A stretch of DNA of 64,000 bases, taken from IMG/VR virus record IMGVR_UViG_3300028920_000047, positions 1 to 64,000 of that record; one strand, given 5' to 3'. Shown here one piece after another: positions 57,606 to 64,000 of this stretch. The notes below the pieces were generated by a model. The model did no database searches. It worked only from the letters and a program-made list of their open reading frames with translations, and had not been told where the DNA came from. The stretch is from a virus. Positions within the stretch are counted from its first letter, which is position 1. Each line of letters starts with the position of its first letter. A program made the position numbers and the translations under genes.

Positions 57606-59288
57606 ATGGCAATTGATGTTACAGGTATGCAAAAAAGAGCAAAAAGTCGAGGGGGGAAACGTAGCCGTGGTGGCGGCAAAGGTAATCGTAAACAGCGGGC
57701 AAAAAAGGAATTTGTGCTTCAGGAAGGAACTAACGATATTCGAATAGTTCCGTATATTATGGATTATTTTAAAAAGGATTTAAAAGATTTTTCCTATACT
57801 TATTGGGTTCATTGGGGTGTTATTGCCGGAGAGCCTATACTATGTCCGAGAAATGTAGGTAAACCTTGTCCAGTTTGTGAACTGGTTAGAGAACTTTGGG
57901 ATAGTGATGATGCAAATGATAGAGAGCTTGTCAGAAAACGATTAAAAGGTCAAAAGGAACATCTTTTTGGAATTATGAGTCGGGATAATCCCAAGGGTAT
58001 TCAACCAATGTTTACCGGTCCAGATATTCATAATCAAATTGAAGAATTACTTTTTACTCCAAAGTGGACTCGTAAAGGTGATTTTTTTGATTTCAAAAAT
58101 GGACGTGACTTATCCATTACAAAAAAAATTGATGGGCCAAGTCCTCGGGATACAAGTTATAATGTAATACCCGATGCTGTTAGAAATTGTACTAAAGATT
58201 TACCAAAGGACTGGAAAAAGGAAATTGAGAATCTTGCTAAGGCGCTACCAAAACTTTATAGCTATGATGAATTACAGGAAATGTTAAATAATCGTGGTCA
58301 AAATAAAAGCGAAGCCACATTACCGGAAGATATGTACGATACTACTTCAGTTGCTACAAGTAATTCAACTAATGACGATGATGGTGATGATGGAACGGAA
58401 TTTAATAAAAATGATAAAGTTGTTTATGACGGTGATAAAGCTATTGTACTTGAAGCAAGTGAAGATTACATTAAAATTGAAATGATTGATACCGGTGAAC
58501 AATTTGAGTTTGAGCCTGATGAATTTAATTTATTAGAACTTGTTGAATCTGATGAAGAAGAGGAAGATTATGAAGAAGACGATGAGGAAGAAGAAGAAGA
58601 TTATGAGGAAGAAGATGAAGAAGAAGAAGAAGAAGAAGATGAGGAAGAAGATGAAGACGATGAGGAAGAAGAAGAAGACGATGAGGAAGAAGAAGAAGAC
58701 GATGAGGAAGACGATGAGGAAGATGAGGAAGATGAGGAAGATGAAGACGATGAGGAAGATGAAATCCCATCCGGCATGATTGTGTGCCCCGCTTGTGAAG
58801 GTTCGGGAACAAGCTCGCGTGGAAAAACTTGCCGACCATGTAAAGGCTCAGGATACATTCCTGCACCTGAAGAAGAACCAGGTAATAATGAAACAAAATG
58901 TCCCTTTGCTAAAGGTGATGAGGTTATTTACGACGGTGATAAAGGCACTGTTCAATCTGTTAATAATGATGGCGTAATTACGGTTATGTTATACGATAGT
59001 GGTGATGTGTTTGAATTTGAACCGGATGAATATAGTGAGTTAAAACCGGCACCAAAATTGAAAGAAAAATCGAAAAAGAAAAAGAATATAAAAAAACCCG
59101 CAAAAAAAAATCCGGTAAAAGCCTCACCAGTAAAAAAGAAGCAAAAAAGTAATAAGAAAAAAGGTAAAAAAACCCCAAAACCTGGCGGCAGAAAACCAAA
59201 ATGTTTTTCAAATTATCAAGGTAGAACTAAAAAGTGTAGGGAATGTCCTCACAAAAGGTCATGTCAAGAAAAATTTTTAGAGAAGTAA
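57606..59288 (+). CDS. gp32-like single-stranded DNA-binding protein with long C-terminal extension (start revised to 57606)
   Basis: AGGAGG RBS; EGTNDIRIVP, HWGV, CP..VGKPCPVCE, NGRDLSITK, TSYNV. Confidence 0.8.
   Translation: MAIDVTGMQKRAKSRGGKRSRGGGKGNRKQRAKKEFVLQEGTNDIRIVPYIMDYFKKDLKDFSYTYWVHWGVIAGEPILCPRNVGKPCPVCELVRELWDSDDANDRELVRKRLKGQKEHLFGIMSRDNPKGIQPMFTGPDIHNQIEELLFTPKWTRKGDFFDFKNGRDLSITKKIDGPSPRDTSYNVIPDAVRNCTKDLPKDWKKEIENLAKALPKLYSYDELQEMLNNRGQNKSEATLPEDMYDTTSVATSNSTNDDDGDDGTEFNKNDKVVYDGDKAIVLEASEDYIKIEMIDTGEQFEFEPDEFNLLELVESDEEEEDYEEDDEEEEEDYEEEDEEEEEEEDEEEDEDDEEEEEDDEEEEEDDEEDDEEDEEDEEDEDDEEDEIPSGMIVCPACEGSGTSSRGKTCRPCKGSGYIPAPEEEPGNNETKCPFAKGDEVIYDGDKGTVQSVNNDGVITVMLYDSGDVFEFEPDEYSELKPAPKLKEKSKKKKNIKKPAKKNPVKASPVKKKQKSNKKKGKKTPKPGGRKPKCFSNYQGRTKKCRECPHKRSCQEKFLEK
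58551..58763 (+). repeat. Low-complexity GAN codon tract encoding 71 residues, nearly all Asp/Glu
   Basis: GAT/GAA/GAG/GAC codons with two Tyr interruptions. Confidence 0.95.
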
Positions 59289-59294
59289 AAGGTT

Positions 59295-59331
59295 TAAATA
59301 TGGGTGTGATTTAAAACCACACCCATATTTA
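59295..59331 (+). terminator. 14-bp perfect hairpin after SSB gene
   Basis: TAAATATGGGTGTG...CACACCCATATTTA; weak U tail. Confidence 0.6.
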
Positions 59332-59343
59332 TATAATGTTATT

Positions 59344-60351
59344 ATGACAAATAAAAAACTATTAAAACAAATTCAAAAAAAATATACCAATTATAAATTA
59401 ACTCAAACTTTTAATGAATGGTTAAATTTTCCAAATTATGCTTTAAACTATATATGTTCGGGAGATTTCTTTAAAGGTATACCAAAAGGCATAATAATTG
59501 AATTATATGGAGAACCCTCAACTGGAAAAAGTTATTTATTAAATACTATATTAGGAATGATACAACAAGCCGGTGGTTATTCTGAATTAGATGATGTTGA
59601 AAAAAGATATAAAAAGGAATTTGGTGCTATTGCCGGTATAGATAATAACGAGTTAATTTATTTGAGAAGTAAAACTATAAAAGAACATTTTGATACGACT
59701 AAAGATACAGTACGAGATATTAGAAAAATTGATAAAACTTCATGGATAGGAATAGCTTTAGACAGTTTAGCAATGTTAGTAGATGCTCATGAAGAGGCAA
59801 CAAGATTTGATAAGGAAGATATGGGTAAAAAGGCTAAAAATATAAAAAAAGGTATAAGATTAAATTTTGTTGGTGAATTTGCCGATTTAGGAGTAGTATA
59901 TATAATTACTAATCACGTCTATTCCTCAATGAGTATGTTTGGACCAGCCAAAAACACCAGCGGTGGCCGGGGTGTTCCTTTTGAAGCTACTATTAGATTA
60001 GAAACAAATATAAAAAAACATATAAGAGATGAAAGAGGAAATACTAAAGGCGTAATATTTGAATTAGTAGCTACTAAAAATTCACTAACCGCACCTTTTA
60101 AAAAATGTGTAATAGAAGTAGATTACAATAGAGGAATAAAAAAGTATTCTGGTCTGGCAGATATATTATACAGGTTACATACTTTAGATAAAAGTAGAAA
60201 AAAGTTTAACAAAGCTGATAAAAAAGCAGGTAAATATACTGGTCTATATTTTTATAAAGATAAAAAATTTAGTGATGATAAAATTAAATATATGATAAAA
60301 AAATATCCACAGCTAATGGTAATACCCAAACCAAAAAGGAGAGAAAAATGA
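59344..60351 (+). CDS. uvsX: RecA/UvsX recombinase
   Basis: GIPKGIIIELYGEPSTGKS, IALDSL, IITNHV, SGGRG.PF.ATIRL, KNSLTAPFK. Confidence 0.9.
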   Translation: MTNKKLLKQIQKKYTNYKLTQTFNEWLNFPNYALNYICSGDFFKGIPKGIIIELYGEPSTGKSYLLNTILGMIQQAGGYSELDDVEKRYKKEFGAIAGIDNNELIYLRSKTIKEHFDTTKDTVRDIRKIDKTSWIGIALDSLAMLVDAHEEATRFDKEDMGKKAKNIKKGIRLNFVGEFADLGVVYIITNHVYSSMSMFGPAKNTSGGRGVPFEATIRLETNIKKHIRDERGNTKGVIFELVATKNSLTAPFKKCVIEVDYNRGIKKYSGLADILYRLHTLDKSRKKFNKADKKAGKYTGLYFYKDKKFSDDKIKYMIKKYPQLMVIPKPKRREK

Positions 60352-60791
60352 TAAATATTGAACAAATTGTAAATTCTGTCGAAATATCAATTAACTCAAT
60401 GATATATGTATATTTAAAAAATGAGGATAAAAAATTAGGAGAAGAAATGGATATATCTAAATATCCACTATCAGAGGAAATTAAAACTTCTTTAAGAATA
60501 GAGATTAAAGATAAAATAATGAAACAACTTCTAATTCCATACTTTCAACCAGTGATTAATGATGACCAATTTTTTGCAATAGGACAAGCAACAAGGTCAG
60601 CGCTGCTTCATAATAATCTTAAATCTATGGACTACGATATAAACAAATTGATGGAGTTTCTTAGTGATAAACCTAAACATTATTTTTGTTACGAAACTAC
60701 AGAAAATTCTTCAACAAAAAGTTATATAAGTAAGAAAGAGTATAGTAAAAGAATACATAAACTATTTAAATTTATAAAAAATGAAGAATGA
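60348..60791 (+). CDS. Hypothetical protein
   Basis: ATGA-coupled ORF. Confidence 0.55.
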   Translation: MINIEQIVNSVEISINSMIYVYLKNEDKKLGEEMDISKYPLSEEIKTSLRIEIKDKIMKQLLIPYFQPVINDDQFFAIGQATRSALLHNNLKSMDYDINKLMEFLSDKPKHYFCYETTENSSTKSYISKKEYSKRIHKLFKFIKNEE

Positions 60792-61089
60792 TATACCAGA
60801 TAGATATTGTGCTAATTGTGGAACAAAGCTAAAGTCCAGGCAACCAACGGCTAAATATTGTAATAAAAGCGAATGTCAACTCGCCAGAAAAAGAGATAAC
60901 AGAATAGCAAAGGCTATTGAAAAAGCAAAAAAAGTAGCTAAAATAAATTTGTTAATTTGTCGTAAATTAAATATGCCTGTTGAAAATAGAATACCAATGT
61001 GTAATGGTTGTAAATTTTATAAACAATGTGAAAAATTTTTATATAAAAAAGTTGAACTATTAAGAGATGGTAGAGAATATGAACAATGA
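60781..61089 (+). CDS. Cys-rich zinc-finger protein
   Basis: CANCG...AKYCNKSEC...CNGCKFYKQC. Confidence 0.65.
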   Translation: MKNDIPDRYCANCGTKLKSRQPTAKYCNKSECQLARKRDNRIAKAIEKAKKVAKINLLICRKLNMPVENRIPMCNGCKFYKQCEKFLYKKVELLRDGREYEQ

Positions 61090-61146
61090 AAAAGAGATGA
61101 AGTGGTTACAAAGAAAAGAAATTAAAAAGGATATAGAAATTATAAA

Positions 61147-64000
61147 ATGAAATTTATTATTAGCTCAGACCACCATCACCATAATTGGCGCCAATACGCT
61201 AAATATGTAAATGGTTATAATACAAGATTATTGGATAGTAAAAAAGCCCTGGAAATACTTTTTGAGGAAGCTTATAAAAGAAATATAAAATATCATTTAT
61301 TCGGTGGAGATTTATTTGAAACCTTTGGACAGGTTAAGAACGATGTAAAAAATACTATATTTGAAGTATTCGAAAAATCAGGTATAACTACTATTGCAAT
61401 ACCCGGTCAACATGATTATCAAAATAAATATACAATGCAGAAAAAAGATATAGCATTTTTAAAGTTTACTAAGCTGCAAAATTTCGTTTTACTGGATGAT
61501 AACTGTTATTGTATAGTGAACTCTATAAATAAGCAAAAAAACAGTATAATAAGCAAATATAAAGGTTTTACCATAAGTATTTATGGATTGGGTTATAGAC
61601 CAGTTATAAAATTTAATAGACTAATGCAAAATTTAACTACAAAATTTGATATTGGTTTATTTCATCAAACAGTAATTGGTTCTAATAGTGGACAAATCAC
61701 TTTTACCAGGGGTATAGATAAAGAAGCTTTTAATAGGTTTAAATTAGCAATAATAGGAGATATTCATAAACCACAGAGGTTAAAGCCTAACATATTGGTT
61801 CCAGGTTCATTATTACAGCAATCATTTCAAGATATTGGTAAACGTGGTTTTTGGATTTTAAATTTTAATCCCAATATTAAAAAATATAAGTTAGCTTTTA
61901 ATGAATTAAAAATTAGAAAATTTATTAAGGTCTCTTCGCCTGCAGAAATAAATGAAGATTCAGATAATTATTATTGGGTTGCCGGTGCGGGTAAAAAATT
62001 GAAAAATAAAGTAGCAAAGTTAAAAAATAAAACCAATATAAAAGTTGTACCGTTACCTGATACTAAAAAGCACAGGGAATTTAGTATTGAGGATAAAACT
62101 AATATAGAAACTATTATGAAAAACTACATCGATATTGAAGAAAAATTAAAGACGTTCTATTTAGTTACTTATAAGAACCAAAAGAAAGAGGACCGTGAAA
62201 CACAAATAATTTTTTCCAGAACAGCAATTAAAGAATTTAAAGAGAAGCATCCAAATTTTACTAATGTGAAATTTAAAAAACAAAATCTATTTAAAATAGA
62301 TAAAAAGAGATTAATTGAGTTTGCTAAAAAATATGTACCGAGAACAATAAGTAGAATTTTAAATATTAGTGACTATAGATTACAAAAAATAATTATAAAT
62401 AATTTTGGGCCTTTCCAAGGTAGACATAGTTTTAAATTACAAAATAATATATACACCTTTTCCGGTAAAGTGGGAGCAGGAAAAACCAGCTTTATAGGAG
62501 AAGCTGTTGAATGGTGTTTATTTGACTGTACCTCAAAAGATATATCTGTGAAAGAGATTATTAATAAGTTTGCTAAAAAAGATGGTTGGGTAAAACTTGT
62601 TCTCGAAAATAACAGGGGCAAATCATTAAAAATAAAACGTGGCCGGCAAACAAATGGTCAAACGAAGTTATTAAAAATATGGTCGAATAATAAGGAAATA
62701 ATGCCAGGGCAGGATACAGATGATTTAAATAGTAAGTTAGGTGATTTAATTGGTGTACCTCATTATATATATAAAATAATGAATTATTTTTCCCAGGAGA
62801 ACAATTCGTTTTTTAGTTCTGCTAAAGATAAGCAGCAAAAGGAAATTTGCACTTTATTACTTGGTCTGGAAATATGGGATAAAAGTTATGAAAAATTAAA
62901 TAGAGAATATAAGGGGATAAGCGACAAGATTGAAAGTTATAAACAACAATTAACCGATATAAAATCCAGAATAGAAGAGAATACAAAACTTTTAAATTTG
63001 GAACAAACAAACTATGATAAATTTGAAAAAGGCCGGGCTGTTCAAGTATCTGATTATGAAGCACAAATAAAAAAAATTGAAATAGATAAAAAACATTATT
63101 TACAAAAAGACAAACAATTACAGGCTGAAATTGCTAAACTTAGAAATAAAATTAAACCTCTACATATAGAAAAAGTTAAAGCTAATATCCAATTTACTGA
63201 AAAAGGAATTAAGACCTTAAATGAGAAGATTGAGGAGTTACAAAGTTTTATAGAGAAAAATAAAAATATAAAACAGAAGATACAAACTGTTAAAAAACAA
63301 CAAGCGGAAAATGAAAAAGAGAATGAGATAAAAAATAAAAAAATAAAACTTATTGAAGAACAAATAACCAAGTTAAATATTAAAGTTGATTTATTAGTAG
63401 AAACCCGGAATAAGCAAAATCAGATTTTAATTGATGTAGAAAAAAATAAAAATAAACCTTTGTGCGAATATTGTGGAGCTAAATTAACTAAGGTTAATAT
63501 TCAAAAACATATTACCAAAATTAAAAAAGAGTTGAAAACTAACAAAAACAGCCAGGATAAAATAATCTGGCAGAAGCAAACCCTACAAAAACAAATTGAA
63601 AAAATTGAAGACTCTAAAAAGGAAATTGATTTTGATATTGAATCAAATATTAAAGCTTTAGAAAACAGGTTAGAAAAAAAATTAGAGAAGGAAAAGGAAA
63701 TCAAAAAACTAAAAAATTGTAAAAAAGAACAATCTGAAAAACAATTAAATTTATTAAATATATTAACAGAAGAAGAGGAGAAGAGGGTTAATAATGAAAA
63801 AGTAGAAGAAAAAGTCGACACGCTGCAAAAAAAATTGTATAAAGTTGAAGCTCAAATAGAGATTCAAGATGTGGACCACGAGGAACTTAAAAATACATTG
63901 AATGATTGTATTAAATCAGAAAATCCACATTATAATACTATAGATAATTTAAATAAAAAAATAAAACAATTTGAAAAACAGCAGGATGATTTTTTAACCT
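61147..64000 (+). CDS. Fused Mre11/SbcD-Rad50/SbcC (gp47-gp46) exonuclease, runs off the window (not in ORF track)
   Basis: Manual translation is uninterrupted: SDHH, GGDLFE, PGQHD, FHQ, GDIH, PGS, then INNFGPF, Walker A GKVGAGKT (62464-62487), FSQ, coiled coil and CEYC zinc hook (63463-63474). Confidence 0.9.
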   Translation, partial: MKFIISSDHHHHNWRQYAKYVNGYNTRLLDSKKALEILFEEAYKRNIKYHLFGGDLFETFGQVKNDVKNTIFEVFEKSGITTIAIPGQHDYQNKYTMQKKDIAFLKFTKLQNFVLLDDNCYCIVNSINKQKNSIISKYKGFTISIYGLGYRPVIKFNRLMQNLTTKFDIGLFHQTVIGSNSGQITFTRGIDKEAFNRFKLAIIGDIHKPQRLKPNILVPGSLLQQSFQDIGKRGFWILNFNPNIKKYKLAFNELKIRKFIKVSSPAEINEDSDNYYWVAGAGKKLKNKVAKLKNKTNIKVVPLPDTKKHREFSIEDKTNIETIMKNYIDIEEKLKTFYLVTYKNQKKEDRETQIIFSRTAIKEFKEKHPNFTNVKFKKQNLFKIDKKRLIEFAKKYVPRTISRILNISDYRLQKIIINNFGPFQGRHSFKLQNNIYTFSGKVGAGKTSFIGEAVEWCLFDCTSKDISVKEIINKFAKKDGWVKLVLENNRGKSLKIKRGRQTNGQTKLLKIWSNNKEIMPGQDTDDLNSKLGDLIGVPHYIYKIMNYFSQENNSFFSSAKDKQQKEICTLLLGLEIWDKSYEKLNREYKGISDKIESYKQQLTDIKSRIEENTKLLNLEQTNYDKFEKGRAVQVSDYEAQIKKIEIDKKHYLQKDKQLQAEIAKLRNKIKPLHIEKVKANIQFTEKGIKTLNEKIEELQSFIEKNKNIKQKIQTVKKQQAENEKENEIKNKKIKLIEEQITKLNIKVDLLVETRNKQNQILIDVEKNKNKPLCEYCGAKLTKVNIQKHITKIKKELKTNKNSQDKIIWQKQTLQKQIEKIEDSKKEIDFDIESNIKALENRLEKKLEKEKEIKKLKNCKKEQSEKQLNLLNILTEEEEKRVNNEKVEEKVDTLQKKLYKVEAQIEIQDVDHEELKNTLNDCIKSENPHYNTIDNLNKKIKQFEKQQDDFLT

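Noticed and set aside
58525-58896. Poly-Ser, Lys/Met-rich and His/Leu-rich ORFs
   Set aside because: Shadow frames of the acidic tract in the SSB gene.
1-64000. Alternative genetic code (stop-codon reassignment)
   Set aside because: Conserved genes are full length in code 11 and coding density is high.
1-64000. CRISPR array, tRNA or rRNA genes
   Set aside because: No repeat-spacer periodicity or cloverleaf sequences noticed by eye, and the intergenic gaps are short. tRNAscan was not run.

Overview
This window is part of a large, AT-rich T4-like (myovirus-type) tailed phage genome that uses the standard genetic code. The host is probably a diderm bacterium, because the phage encodes a secreted beta-barrel-like protein and a lipoprotein. 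Bases ~1-56,430 are almost entirely a minus-strand late/virion region. In transcription order it holds: terminase N-half; a 19-kb cassette of signal-peptide-bearing Ig/beta-helix/fibre-like proteins plus lysis genes; terminase C-half; portal; prohead protease-scaffold; major capsid; neck; a ~16-kb block of acidic putative head-cargo proteins (M16 peptidase, SWIM protein, nucleotidyltransferase, ClpP fusion, ParB-like fusion); neck/terminator; sheath; tube; baseplate genes. Bases ~56,850-64,000 are a plus-strand recombination module: UvsY-like, gp32-like SSB, RecA/UvsX, and a fused Mre11-Rad50 gene missing from the ORF track. The main finding is that the large terminase is split into two genes 19.2 kb apart, each carrying half of an intein. 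Trans-splicing would rebuild the Walker B motif, and the intein has Gln where the block-B His is expected. Other notable findings: a shared N-terminal leader and repeated Lys-rich/Glu motifs suggesting capsid targeting and polyprotein processing; fibre-like proteins with signal peptides dense in D-S/T motifs; and an anti-Shine-Dalgarno hairpin element. All calls come from reading motifs by eye; no database searches were run.
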